A stretch of 64,000 nucleotides of DNA from Nitrososphaeraceae archaeon. GTDB lineage: Archaea; Thermoproteota; Nitrososphaeria; Nitrososphaerales; Nitrososphaeraceae. The stretch covers positions 1 to 64,000 of the forward strand of contig JBIOZG010000024.1 of the NCBI GenBank assembly GCA_044870765.1. Direction: 5' to 3'. Below the pieces are notes generated by a model. The model did not search any database and was not told the origin of the DNA. It was given only the letters and a program-made list of their open reading frames with translations. This document shows, piece after piece, positions 20,771-30,718 of the stretch; the first letter of the stretch is position 1, and each line of letters starts with the position of its first letter. The translations under genes and the position numbers were made by a program.

Positions 20771-21640
20771 TTGCTAAATGTAGGGGTTATAATAAAACTA
20801 GAACCTGATTTTTCGGAAGGCAATGTAAGTTATAATTCTGATGGAACACTAAATCGTGCCGAAACAAAAAACATCTTGGGCCCACACAGCGCAATTGCCT
20901 GTAATGCTGCATTCTATTGTAAGGTAAAATACGGTGCAAGGATTTCCATAGGTACAATGGGCCCGCCCATAGCAGAATCTGCCCTAAAACAAGCCCAAGT
21001 GTTGACTGACGCTGAAGAATTAAATTTATACAGTGATAGATTGTTTGCTGGTGCTGATACCCTCGCAACTGCTGAGGTACTTAAAAATGGAGTTGAAAAG
21101 ATGTTCGGCGCTGATAAAATGGATATCGTTTTTTCGGGTCATCGAGCTTCTGATGGGGAGACAGGACAAACAGGACCACAAACAGCTTGGAAATTGGGTT
21201 ACACTTTCCTTGGCAATGTGATGGATTTTGACATAGATTTGGACAGAAAAGTGGTAGTTGCAAAAAGACTAATATCGCTCCAGGGAATGGATACTATTAT
21301 AGAAGAGATAGAGTCTCCTCTGCCCGTTTTTATAACTATCGACCCTTCCTACAAGTCGGCCTTTAGTACTGTTTCACAAAGGCTCGGAGCAAACAAGTAC
21401 AATAAGAAAGCTAGAATAAAGTCTGAGAATTATGCACAATTTTTGAAAACTTATGATAGTCAAAAATTAGGCCTGGACCCGAAACTGGTAGGGCTCCCGG
21501 GTTCTCCAACCATAGTATATAGAGTAGAAAAAATCCCCAGGGCAAAGACCAATCGTAAAACAGTGATAATAGATCCGTCAAACCCAGACAATCTAACTGC
21601 AGTAGTTACAAAAATAATCGAAATCTCTAGAGGTAAATGA
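20771..21640 (+). CDS. fixA: Electron transfer flavoprotein beta subunit (FixA-like)
   Basis: TMGPP, DRLFAGADTLAT, SDGETGQTG, GLPGSPT. Confidence 0.92.
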   Translation: MLNVGVIIKLEPDFSEGNVSYNSDGTLNRAETKNILGPHSAIACNAAFYCKVKYGARISIGTMGPPIAESALKQAQVLTDAEELNLYSDRLFAGADTLATAEVLKNGVEKMFGADKMDIVFSGHRASDGETGQTGPQTAWKLGYTFLGNVMDFDIDLDRKVVVAKRLISLQGMDTIIEEIESPLPVFITIDPSYKSAFSTVSQRLGANKYNKKARIKSENYAQFLKTYDSQKLGLDPKLVGLPGSPTIVYRVEKIPRAKTNRKTVIIDPSNPDNLTAVVTKIIEISRGK

Positions 21641-22866
21641 AAATGTCAAACTCTACAAATCAAGAAATTGGCGCAAATAAGGACGAAAAATATAGACATA
21701 TCTACGTGATAATTGAGCATTTTGAAGGTCAGGTGGTACCGGTAAGTTTGGAAATGCTGGGCGAAGCTAGAAGATTGATGGATGATTTTAACCAAAAATA
21801 TCAACTGAGAGAAAAGGTAGTTGCTGTCTTACTTGGTAGTAATGTCAGAAAATTATGTGATGAATTAGTAACATACGGAGCTGATGCAGTTATTTATGCT
21901 AACCATGATGAATTAAAGTATCCTCGAAATGATATCGATACCCGAGTGATAGTCCAGATTTCAAAGGATGCAAAAATCACCAAGGAAATAGAGCCTGAAT
22001 ACGCAGGAGCATTTGTAAAACCAAGATACATGTTTTTTGCTGCCGATAATATTGGCAGACATCTCTCTTCGACCGTATTAGCAGATCTTGAATCGGGTTT
22101 AGCATCAGACATTAACAAGCTTGTGATAAGTGATCTCGATATTAGACATGAGCACAAAACAAAAGGTCAAAGTGTGCGATATGAAAAAATTCTAGAAATG
22201 TATCGTCCAGACTTTTCGGGTTTTTTATGGACAACAATACTATGTCTTGATAACAAGAATCCCGAAATTCAAAGAGAATATCATCCGCAAGGATGCAGCA
22301 TTATACCGGGTGCATTTAAGCCTATGGAGAAGGATAATTCAAGAAATGGCATAGTTATAGAATATTCCCCTAAAATAGACCAAGAACCGAAAATCAAGAT
22401 AATAAAAAGAAGCTTCATTGAAAAAACAATCGATTACGAAACTTGCAAGATAGTAGTGAGTATGGGACGCGGAATCAAAGATAATCCAGAACAAAATATT
22501 AAGCTGATTGAAGAATTTGCAGAATTACTCGGAGCAGAAATTGGCATAACTTTGCCGTTATCAAAAAAACCATATCAAGTAAGCCAAAGTATGGATTCAA
22601 AGTATATGATTCCTGACAGGGTCATAGGAACCAGTGGTAGCAAGATTGCGCCAACTCTTTACGTTGCAATCGGCCTGAGTGGTGCTGTGCAACACATAGC
22701 AGGTATGAAAGAATCCGAAATCGTGATTTCAATAAACATAGATGAAAACTCCCATATCGTAGACGAATCTGATATTTTCATAAAGGGAAGAATGGAAGAT
22801 GTTATTCCAAAACTTGTTGACAAAATAAAGGATCAAATGCAAGCTATTTCTGTTAGGAGTACCTAA
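21637..22866 (+). CDS. fixB: Electron transfer flavoprotein alpha subunit (FixB-like)
   Basis: GRG, IGTSG, YVAIGLSGAVQHIAGM. ATGA overlap with fixA. Confidence 0.92.
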   Translation: MKMSNSTNQEIGANKDEKYRHIYVIIEHFEGQVVPVSLEMLGEARRLMDDFNQKYQLREKVVAVLLGSNVRKLCDELVTYGADAVIYANHDELKYPRNDIDTRVIVQISKDAKITKEIEPEYAGAFVKPRYMFFAADNIGRHLSSTVLADLESGLASDINKLVISDLDIRHEHKTKGQSVRYEKILEMYRPDFSGFLWTTILCLDNKNPEIQREYHPQGCSIIPGAFKPMEKDNSRNGIVIEYSPKIDQEPKIKIIKRSFIEKTIDYETCKIVVSMGRGIKDNPEQNIKLIEEFAELLGAEIGITLPLSKKPYQVSQSMDSKYMIPDRVIGTSGSKIAPTLYVAIGLSGAVQHIAGMKESEIVISINIDENSHIVDESDIFIKGRMEDVIPKLVDKIKDQMQAISVRST

Positions 22867-22868
22867 AT

Positions 22869-24734
22869 TTGGAACAATTCGACGTAGCTATTGTAGGGGG
22901 AGGTTCTGCAGGGCTATCAGCATTAAAAAAATTATCAGATCTAAACAAAAGTGCCATTTTAATCGAAGCAGGTGATAAAATAGGAACCAAAAACGTTTCG
23001 GGTGGAATTTTGTATTCTAAAAATGATCCCCCTGGAAGGATCTTCAATGTCGAAGACGTTTTTGGAGAAGACTTTGAATCGAGTGCACCAATAGAGAGAT
23101 TAATAAAGAAATATTATCTTCATGCTACATCCGGCAACAAAATCTTTACAATGGATTTAACTCCACTTCACGAGTACAAGACGAATTTCGGTTTTTCTGT
23201 TCTTCTAAATAGATTAAATCCATGGCTTGCGGAGAGAGCTTCTGAATCAGCTGAGAAACAAGGTGGAGGAATTATCACGGGGGTACACGTTTCTGATATA
23301 CAATGGATAGAGAACAAGACCATCGTTACGACAAATGAGTTGGAAGATTTCCAAGTAAAATCAATAATTGCAGCTGATGGAATAAACTCTGAAGTAGCGG
23401 AAATTACCTCGGCTAGAGGCAAATTCAATCCAGAAGAAGTTTACTTTGGTGTTAAAGTAATAATAAAACTACCCGAGAAAATAATAGAAGAGAGATTTCA
23501 TCTTGATTCGTTAGAAGGAGCTGCACATCTATTTGCAGGTGATATTACGTTGAATCATGTGGGCGGCGGGTTCCTCTATACAAATCGCGAAACATTATCA
23601 CTTGGAGCCGTGTACCATCATAATTCGCTTTTATCAAATCCTGTTACTCCAGCTGAGCTAGTTGACGAATTAATCAAGAATCCGCTGGTTAGCGAATATA
23701 TCAAGGACGAAGTCCCAGCTAGAAGCGAGAATAACGATCTTTCAAAGGAAGATCAGCTCAAAGTTCAGCTCAGCGTAAGCAAACTAATAAAGACATACAA
23801 CGACTTGAGGTACAAATATTTTTCCAAAAATAATGGTGCGCTGATAGAATCTGGAAGATTCAATAATACAGAGGAAATCAAATCAAGAATCGACAGTATA
23901 AAACAAGATCTAACTGAAAAATATGGCGTTCAGTTTGTTAATAATTATGTTGAGCTTGAATATAGTGCTAAATTAATTCCCGATGGCAAAAGATGCGTGA
24001 TGAAAAGACCCTATTACAAAAACGTTTTATTCATAGGAGATGCTGCTGGTAGGGGTATCTTCATAGGTCCAAAAATAGAAGGCATCAATGTTGGTATAGA
24101 TGATGCAGTAAGGGCCTCTATTGCTATTTCACGCTCAATAGAAAATAATAATTTTGATTCAGATTACTTAGGAAACTACTATCAGTCCATGATTAACGAG
24201 AGTCCATACACTAGACAAATGATTAAAATAGACGAGGGATATTTGAGTTTGTTTCTCGATTTAGTAAAAGATATTTCCTTCGGTTCTGCCAATCCGGGAT
24301 TTGAATTTGGTCTACGGATGATGAAAAATAAGAGATTCAGGGAAACCGCTCTTCGACTTGCAAATATATTGGGTTATAAAAGGATTTTACCAATTATAGA
24401 ATCAGAAAGGAGCTATGTTAAAGTACCGATGCAATTGGCAGACAGACTTGGCAAAGTAGTCACCTCGTCATACATGCCGGAAATACCTACACTATCCGAA
24501 AGAATAGCAAAATTGCAGTACAATGACGATACTGAATCACACATTACTGTTAATGATAAGAGGAGTGAATTTATGAAAAAGATGATATTGTTATGTCCTA
24601 CAAAATGCTATAGCCTTGAAGAAAAAGACGTAGTGTTACAACATGAAGGTTGTGTGGAATGCGGGACATGTTCGATTGGAACTCTATGGAGACATCCGAA
24701 AGGTGAAATGGGAATAAGATATAGATATGGTTAG
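22869..24734 (+). CDS. fixC: FixC/ETF:quinone oxidoreductase-like flavoprotein fused to a FixX-like ferredoxin domain
   Basis: GGGSAG, KNVSGG, GGGFLYTN, EYSAKLIP, GDAAG; C-terminal CPTKCY...CVECGTC..W..P.G..G..YRYG. Confidence 0.9.
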   Translation: MEQFDVAIVGGGSAGLSALKKLSDLNKSAILIEAGDKIGTKNVSGGILYSKNDPPGRIFNVEDVFGEDFESSAPIERLIKKYYLHATSGNKIFTMDLTPLHEYKTNFGFSVLLNRLNPWLAERASESAEKQGGGIITGVHVSDIQWIENKTIVTTNELEDFQVKSIIAADGINSEVAEITSARGKFNPEEVYFGVKVIIKLPEKIIEERFHLDSLEGAAHLFAGDITLNHVGGGFLYTNRETLSLGAVYHHNSLLSNPVTPAELVDELIKNPLVSEYIKDEVPARSENNDLSKEDQLKVQLSVSKLIKTYNDLRYKYFSKNNGALIESGRFNNTEEIKSRIDSIKQDLTEKYGVQFVNNYVELEYSAKLIPDGKRCVMKRPYYKNVLFIGDAAGRGIFIGPKIEGINVGIDDAVRASIAISRSIENNNFDSDYLGNYYQSMINESPYTRQMIKIDEGYLSLFLDLVKDISFGSANPGFEFGLRMMKNKRFRETALRLANILGYKRILPIIESERSYVKVPMQLADRLGKVVTSSYMPEIPTLSERIAKLQYNDDTESHITVNDKRSEFMKKMILLCPTKCYSLEEKDVVLQHEGCVECGTCSIGTLWRHPKGEMGIRYRYG

Positions 24735-24743
24735 TTAATCTAT

Positions 24744-25292
24744 CTATGTTTTCCACTTAATAGAGCAACCGATTGATGGATCAAAGTCTTTTTCTATTGG
24801 TTCTCCGTTCAATACTTTTTTAATATTATTTTCCATTACATTCATCTGAGGAGTCATCTCAGGTTCCATTGCGTCGTTTATCTTTCCGTGAAAAACGAGC
24901 CTTCTGCTTTCATCGAACAAGAATGGATCTGGGGTACACACTGCTCCATACGACTTTGCAACTTGTTGTGAATCATCTATAAGATATGGAAAATTCAAGT
25001 TATGTTCTTTGTAAAACTTGACCATATTTTCAAAACCTTCGTCTTGATATGACGGATCATTACTATTTATTCCTACTATTTGTAATTCTGATTCTGGAAA
25101 CTTGCCTTGTAGAGCTACCAGATCTCCTATGCGAGCCTTAACATAAGGACAGTGATTGCAAATAAAAACTATCAAAAGGCATTTGCTTTTGAAATCTTCA
25201 AGTGAATATAATTTGTCATCTGTTCCCTTTAAGCTGAAAGTGGGAGGATTGTTATTTTTTTTCAGAGTCTGATTTGATAGAGTTTTTACCAT
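24744..25292 (-). CDS. Thioredoxin-fold AhpC/TSA-like protein
   Basis: FICNHCPYV and YGAVCTPDPF, GCSIKW. Confidence 0.9.
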   Translation of the reverse strand: MVKTLSNQTLKKNNNPPTFSLKGTDDKLYSLEDFKSKCLLIVFICNHCPYVKARIGDLVALQGKFPESELQIVGINSNDPSYQDEGFENMVKFYKEHNLNFPYLIDDSQQVAKSYGAVCTPDPFLFDESRRLVFHGKINDAMEPEMTPQMNVMENNIKKVLNGEPIEKDFDPSIGCSIKWKT

Positions 25293-25545
25293 ATCTATAG
25301 TTCCTAACTATGTTTAATAAATTGTTCAATTTCTCATAACCGCTGAAAGCGAAAAAATTATCAGTCAACCAAGAATGAATCTAAAATTTTGTTCCACGCA
25401 AAAAAATTTCATTCATATTGTAAAAGATTCGAAGTGTTAAAAATTATGTTAATTTCTTCTATTACATATTTATAATATTCTGAGTAGAACTAAGATAAGC
25501 ATAGTAAAGGTAGATGACAATAGATAAATATTAATAGCATACCAT

Positions 25546-26496
25546 TTGTTTCAAATTTTGGAGGCTGCAAAGGTGATTAATCATACCGAAGACGAAATTT
25601 CATTTGAAAAAATTTTAGTTATAGGATTGGGTCAACTTGGTCTGCCTGTTGCAAAATATGTCAAGGAGAAAGGGTTTGATGTTTACGGATATGACAACAA
25701 TGAGCGTGCCTTGGATAATGCTGAAAAGCAATATGGCATCAAAAAAATTGACAATTTTAGCGACATTGATGTGTTTATAGTATGCATCTCGACTCATAGA
25801 GAAGATGACATTTCTTCGCCACAAATTGACGGATTGATGGCTATTACAAGAAAAATCGCGAAAGAGGCGACAAACGGAAAGCTAGTATCCATCGAAAGTA
25901 CCGTACCACGAGGCACAACTAGAAAAATGTTTGAAATTCTGGAACATCGTTTTCACGTAGTTCATGCCCCGCACAGGTGGTACGCTTTAGAGGAAAATGT
26001 TCACGGCGTAAATCAATTACGTGTGATAGGCGGTGTTTGTGACTGTTGTCTTCGCACCGGTATCAGATTTTATGACGGAGTAGAGCACGCAGAGGAAAAG
26101 GAGAATTTAGGATACTACAGGGGCAATAAATCATACAAGAGTCTTGGAATTCCCATGTATTCTGTTTCAACCGTAGAAATCGCAGAATTAAGTAAGATTG
26201 TCGAAAATGCTGACAGATACCTGCAGATTGCATTTGCAGAGGATCTGTATATGTTCTGTAAGGCAAATGGCATATCATTTACAGAATTAAGAGATGCGGT
26301 AAATACAAAGTGGAATGTAAATATTCTTGAGCCGAGGGACGGGATTGGCGGTCATTGTATTCCTAAGGATACACGAATGTTTTTAGAATCCTCGGAAATT
26401 AAGAGTAAAATATTGATTTCTGCTCAGGAAGTTGATAAAGATTACAGAAAATATATTGAAAGAATGATTAAAGACGTCAATCAAATAAACCATTAA
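25546..26496 (+). CDS. Short nucleotide-sugar dehydrogenase family protein (UDP-glucose/GDP-mannose DH N-terminal and central domains)
   Basis: GLGQLG, IESTVP.GT, AELSKIVEN, GIGGHCIPKD. Confidence 0.85.
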   Translation: MFQILEAAKVINHTEDEISFEKILVIGLGQLGLPVAKYVKEKGFDVYGYDNNERALDNAEKQYGIKKIDNFSDIDVFIVCISTHREDDISSPQIDGLMAITRKIAKEATNGKLVSIESTVPRGTTRKMFEILEHRFHVVHAPHRWYALEENVHGVNQLRVIGGVCDCCLRTGIRFYDGVEHAEEKENLGYYRGNKSYKSLGIPMYSVSTVEIAELSKIVENADRYLQIAFAEDLYMFCKANGISFTELRDAVNTKWNVNILEPRDGIGGHCIPKDTRMFLESSEIKSKILISAQEVDKDYRKYIERMIKDVNQINH

Positions 26497-26618
26497 CTTT
26501 TCTACAATTGCTTTTGGGCGACTGAGATCCTATTACTTTTTTTTCAGCCCACTGTCGTTGAATGAAAAATCAGTTTTATAAAATTTGATTTAAATATTCA
26601 GAATATTTTTGTATTATT

Positions 26619-27347
26619 ATGAGTAATGATAAATCAAAAGATAATCAAAGTGGGACAAAGAATGACAGAGATAGTACCAATATTCCCGCAACATATCTGA
26701 ACTTTTCATTTTACAAAGTAGATTCAAAATGGAGGTGGCTGAACGATATAGGAAAGGATGAAGCTGCTAAGGAGTTTTCTTCGTTAATAGATGTCGCCAA
26801 TACAAAGATGAAGGTTAGAACTTACTCCACAGTGGGTTTGAGAAAGGAATCTGACTTTATGCTATGGAGTATTTCAGATTCTATAGAAAAAATTCAATTA
26901 CTAACTTCAAAAGTTTACACTACCGTGCTTGGAAAATACATTGACGCATCAGATGTATATCTATCTGCAGCACGTCCATCAATTTATTCGAATAAAACTA
27001 CTCCGGGTTTTATGGAAGATGAGTTGCCTTTGAAATACAATATTGTCTATCCATTCATCAAATCAAGAGAGTGGTATCTTCTTCCATATGAAAAAAGAAG
27101 TGAAATGATGAAAGAGCATATTAATGTAGGTAGGAAATTTCCACAGATAAGATTGAATACCTCTTACTCATTTGGGATAGGGGATCAGGATTTCATGCTA
27201 GCTTTTGAGACGGACAATTTGATGGACTTTCAGGAGTTGATCATCAAACTTCGAGAAACACAGGTAAGTAGATACATCGTGAGAGACACACCAATGATAG
27301 TCTGCGTTTATAAAAAAATCTTTGACATCATTAAGAGCTTAGGTTGA
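26619..27347 (+). CDS. Chlorite dismutase / coproheme decarboxylase (ChdC/HemQ) family protein
   Basis: YPFIKSREWY.L...R..MM.EH...GR, YSFG..DQDF, LRET. Confidence 0.9.
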   Translation: MSNDKSKDNQSGTKNDRDSTNIPATYLNFSFYKVDSKWRWLNDIGKDEAAKEFSSLIDVANTKMKVRTYSTVGLRKESDFMLWSISDSIEKIQLLTSKVYTTVLGKYIDASDVYLSAARPSIYSNKTTPGFMEDELPLKYNIVYPFIKSREWYLLPYEKRSEMMKEHINVGRKFPQIRLNTSYSFGIGDQDFMLAFETDNLMDFQELIIKLRETQVSRYIVRDTPMIVCVYKKIFDIIKSLG

Positions 27348-27943
27348 GAATGCTAGCGCTTAAAGAATGGTCAATAGTATGTAAGGCCTTGGAATCGGGC
27401 AAACAATCAATATTGCTGCGTAAAGGTGGCATCTTAGAATACAAAAATGGGTTTGAGGTTAGTCAAAAAATATTCTTATTATATCCTACATTGGAACATC
27501 AAGCCGGGGAATATGTACAAGCAAAATATCTACGAGAATTTGAAATTCAAAAAGCAAATGATGTGAATATCAAAGAAACAACAAATACAATTAGTATATT
27601 GGCAAGAATGGAAGCTATACAAGAATTCGACGATGATTCGGTATTATCAAAATTAGAAAAGTATCATATATGGAATGAAAAGTACGTTAGAATGAGAATG
27701 AAATATAATCCAAAGAAACCAATGAGTGCTCTCTTATTGAGAGTCTACAGGTTGCCTGAAAATATTTCAGTAGACGTGCGGCCAGAATGGGCGGGATGTA
27801 AGTCATGGATTGACATTGAGTTGTCAAAAAAATACGGAAAATCATATGAAGACGCTAACGAACTGTTGGATCAAAGTAAACCCATAATAAAAGACGAGGA
27901 CTTTCGAAGGATTCATGCTAATTTCTTGGGGATTTGGAATTGA
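27344..27943 (+). CDS. DUF1802 family protein
   Basis: ALKEW..VC.AL..G.Q.ILLRKGGI.E, LYPT.EHQ, GCKSW. Confidence 0.9.
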   Translation: MRMLALKEWSIVCKALESGKQSILLRKGGILEYKNGFEVSQKIFLLYPTLEHQAGEYVQAKYLREFEIQKANDVNIKETTNTISILARMEAIQEFDDDSVLSKLEKYHIWNEKYVRMRMKYNPKKPMSALLLRVYRLPENISVDVRPEWAGCKSWIDIELSKKYGKSYEDANELLDQSKPIIKDEDFRRIHANFLGIWN

Positions 27944-28926
27944 AATACAGACGACTAGGAAAAAGCGATATTAAAGTCAGTGAAATTGGGTTTGGAGCAT
28001 GGACGATTGGTCTGGATTGGTGGGGTAAAAAAATAGAAGATGATGAAGCAATTAGTATGTTAAAAAGGGCCTTTGACAAGGGTATCAATTTCTTTGATAC
28101 TGGAGATATGTACGGGAAGGGAAAAAGTGAAAAGTTAATGGGGATAGCCTTCAAAGGGATGAGAAATGATGTAGTTTATTCATCAAAGTGGGGATATGAT
28201 ATGTATAACGCCGAACAAATAGGACATAATGAGTTACCTCAAAAACATAACGTTGAGTATTTGCAATATGCTTTAGATAAGAGTTTAGAGAGACTTCAGA
28301 CAGACTATATGGATGTCTATAGCCTTCATAATCCAAAAATGCAAGCTGTCACAAATAGGGAATTATTTACTGCACTCGATGGGCTTGTTACCAATGGTAA
28401 GATAAGAAGTCATGGTGTCGCTCTGGGTCCTGCCATAGGTTGGAGGGACGAAGGTCTGCATGCAATTAAGGAACATAATATTACCTGTTTGCAAACAGTT
28501 TATAATATCTTAGAACAAGATCCAGGAAATGATCTATTAAAAGCAGGAGAGGAAAAGAATGTTGGAATAATGGCTAGAGTACCTGACGCATCAGGAATTT
28601 TGACTGGTAAAGTTAATGAGAATACGACGTTTAATAAAAATGATCATCGGAGCGTGAGAAAAAAGGAATGGATATCTGAAGCGCTCAAGAAAGTTGAAAA
28701 TATGAAAACAATCGCAGATAAGAAGGGATGGGACATCACTGAACTTGCAATTAAATTTATTCTGTCTCATAAACCAATTTCAGTTGTCTTACCTACCATG
28801 ATTAGTATAGAAGAAATTGATAAATTCTCAGAGATATCAGACGGAAAATATCTAGAAGACCACGAACTGGAACAGGTTTCCGAGATGTATGTCAACAACT
28901 TTTATGTAGTCCCTAATAGTAAATAG
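27934..28926 (+). CDS. Aldo/keto reductase
   Basis: LG.S...VSEIGFG.W, GINFFDT.D.YG, SLERLQTDY.D...LH. Confidence 0.93.
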   Translation: MELKYRRLGKSDIKVSEIGFGAWTIGLDWWGKKIEDDEAISMLKRAFDKGINFFDTGDMYGKGKSEKLMGIAFKGMRNDVVYSSKWGYDMYNAEQIGHNELPQKHNVEYLQYALDKSLERLQTDYMDVYSLHNPKMQAVTNRELFTALDGLVTNGKIRSHGVALGPAIGWRDEGLHAIKEHNITCLQTVYNILEQDPGNDLLKAGEEKNVGIMARVPDASGILTGKVNENTTFNKNDHRSVRKKEWISEALKKVENMKTIADKKGWDITELAIKFILSHKPISVVLPTMISIEEIDKFSEISDGKYLEDHELEQVSEMYVNNFYVVPNSK

Positions 28927-29159
28927 TTGAGTCAGATCTCGAAAACAACATTGTTTCATTCTAGCGAGAAGCCAAAAATACTGATTGTTGAGATCAGAGG
29001 TGTATCTTATTATCATTGGTTCTGCTCTACACCGTGCCTAGCTACCTAACTTAAGTCTAATTCATGAGAGTAAAATAAAAGAGATTAAAAAGTTCACCCG
29101 TATTGGAGCTAGCAATTTTATAGTAGATATGTCAGGTGTATTTCGTTATAGTAATGTTC

Positions 29160-29233
29160 GTACTAAAATTTTACCTTAATTAATGTACTAGTAATTTTAC
29201 CTTGATTATCATACTGCAATTCGTTACCTAATC
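29160..29233. repeat. Three imperfect ~25-bp direct repeats in a promoter region
   Basis: gtactaaaattttaccttaatta (29160), gtactagtaattttaccttgatta (29185), atactgcaattcgttacctaatc (29211). Confidence 0.6.
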
Positions 29234-29242
29234 CAAATATAC

Positions 29243-29731
29243 TTGCTAACAGCTAAATTGAATTACTGCAGGGTCATGATAGGTAGAATTATTGCTCTTA
29301 TTGTAATAAGTAGTATTTTATTCGCAGTGACGTCTATGCATGGCCATGCGTACGGAAGTTTGATCGTGAAATCAAACAACGCCAATAACATTCATCCTCA
29401 GCAATATTATACAATTGCTAGTCTGATTAATAATCAAACTACCAACAAAGAAATAATGATTGCACTCAAAACTCAAATAGAGAAATCCGATCCATTTGAA
29501 TTAAGAGGCATCAATGATGAAAAAGAAGTTCTCAATACAACTTCTATTAGACCTACCGACTCAAATAATCTTGATGTAAATGACCTTGACTCAAATGTCA
29601 ATTCAAACTCAGACGACACGAATGACACGCCCGATGATGATGGTGATGAATGTAAATCTGATTGTCCTGGAAATTTAAACCCGACAAGGGAAGACATTCC
29701 ATTTGAACTACCAAATATTCCTTTTCCTTAA
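29243..29731 (+). CDS. Secreted hypothetical protein with an acidic low-complexity tail
   Basis: Signal peptide (MIGRIIALIVISS..); D/N-rich region; ends PFELPNIPFP. Confidence 0.7.
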   Translation: MLTAKLNYCRVMIGRIIALIVISSILFAVTSMHGHAYGSLIVKSNNANNIHPQQYYTIASLINNQTTNKEIMIALKTQIEKSDPFELRGINDEKEVLNTTSIRPTDSNNLDVNDLDSNVNSNSDDTNDTPDDDGDECKSDCPGNLNPTREDIPFELPNIPFP

Positions 29732-29836
29732 AAAATCAACTGGGTAATATATGAAAAGTGATTTGTTAGTCGCTTGAATTGTACTAAAAAAATATAAAAA
29801 ACAAAAATAAGGGGAATAAGATAGACTAGAATATAT

Positions 29837-30718
29837 ATGAATTTTGAAAGACCACTTATTTTTGACTTATCAGGAACACTTGTATTATTAATAATGTTCA
29901 TCACTATCGAACATGGCGTTTATGCTATATCGATAAGTATAGAATCTCCTCTCAGCAATCAGCAGGTTCCTGTGGGTGAACTTAAAATATCTGGAACTTC
30001 TTCCGACAATTCATCTGCACAATGCCAGGTTTATGTAGACTGGAATAACTTAAAGCCCTATCAGCTCGCGACGCCGACGGGTTCGAACGGGACATCTGAC
30101 TTTTCGACGTGGAGTTTCACATATACTTCCAAATATCATCTTATTCAAACGGGACTTAATGATTTGACATCAAAGATTACTTGCTTGGTTCCACCTGCCG
30201 GCCCGGCTGTTACTAAATGGTTTAGCATCAATGTAACCGGAAGTTCTTCTCCTAACCAAACAAGCAACGTACAGTTACCATTACCAACTGCTAATAACAA
30301 AAGTCCAAGTTCTGCAAGTCCACAATCCTCTTCCTCACAATCAGAAATACCTATTGATACAACTAATACATCTTCCTCACAATCAGATACACCTATTGAT
30401 ACGACTGATACATCAAATTCGGATAAAATATCTCTCGATCTTAGCGTAGAACATAATCCAATTTCAGCTGGAGACAGACAAACAATTTCTCTTACTGCGT
30501 CAGATCCCGTTTCTGGTAATAGCCTTGATAGGGTGTTTCTACGTTTAACCGTCAAAGATCCGTCCGGTAATATCGTAAAGGATTATACAGATAATGATGG
30601 TACACTTGAACCCTCCTTTAGAATCGACGAAGACGTAACTGGAACATTTTCAGTATTGGCAAGCGCCTCACAAGCAGGTATTGAAACTACAAAGTCAACG
30701 ACCTTTGTTGTTCAGTAA
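29837..30718 (+). CDS. Secreted Ig-like domain protein with an S/T-rich linker
   Basis: Signal peptide; I.SP...VP.G.L.ISGTSSD..C.V...W...C beta-sandwich pattern; second beta-rich domain. Confidence 0.8.
   Translation: MNFERPLIFDLSGTLVLLIMFITIEHGVYAISISIESPLSNQQVPVGELKISGTSSDNSSAQCQVYVDWNNLKPYQLATPTGSNGTSDFSTWSFTYTSKYHLIQTGLNDLTSKITCLVPPAGPAVTKWFSINVTGSSSPNQTSNVQLPLPTANNKSPSSASPQSSSSQSEIPIDTTNTSSSQSDTPIDTTDTSNSDKISLDLSVEHNPISAGDRQTISLTASDPVSGNSLDRVFLRLTVKDPSGNIVKDYTDNDGTLEPSFRIDEDVTGTFSVLASASQAGIETTKSTTFVVQ
30329..30412 (+). repeat. Two-copy 42-bp in-frame tandem repeat
   Basis: Encodes SSSQSEIPIDTTNT / SSSQSDTPIDTTDT. Confidence 0.85.

Noticed and set aside
29160-29233. Possible CRISPR mini-array
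   Set aside because: The repeats are adjacent, degenerate and lack unique spacers; no cas genes are present.
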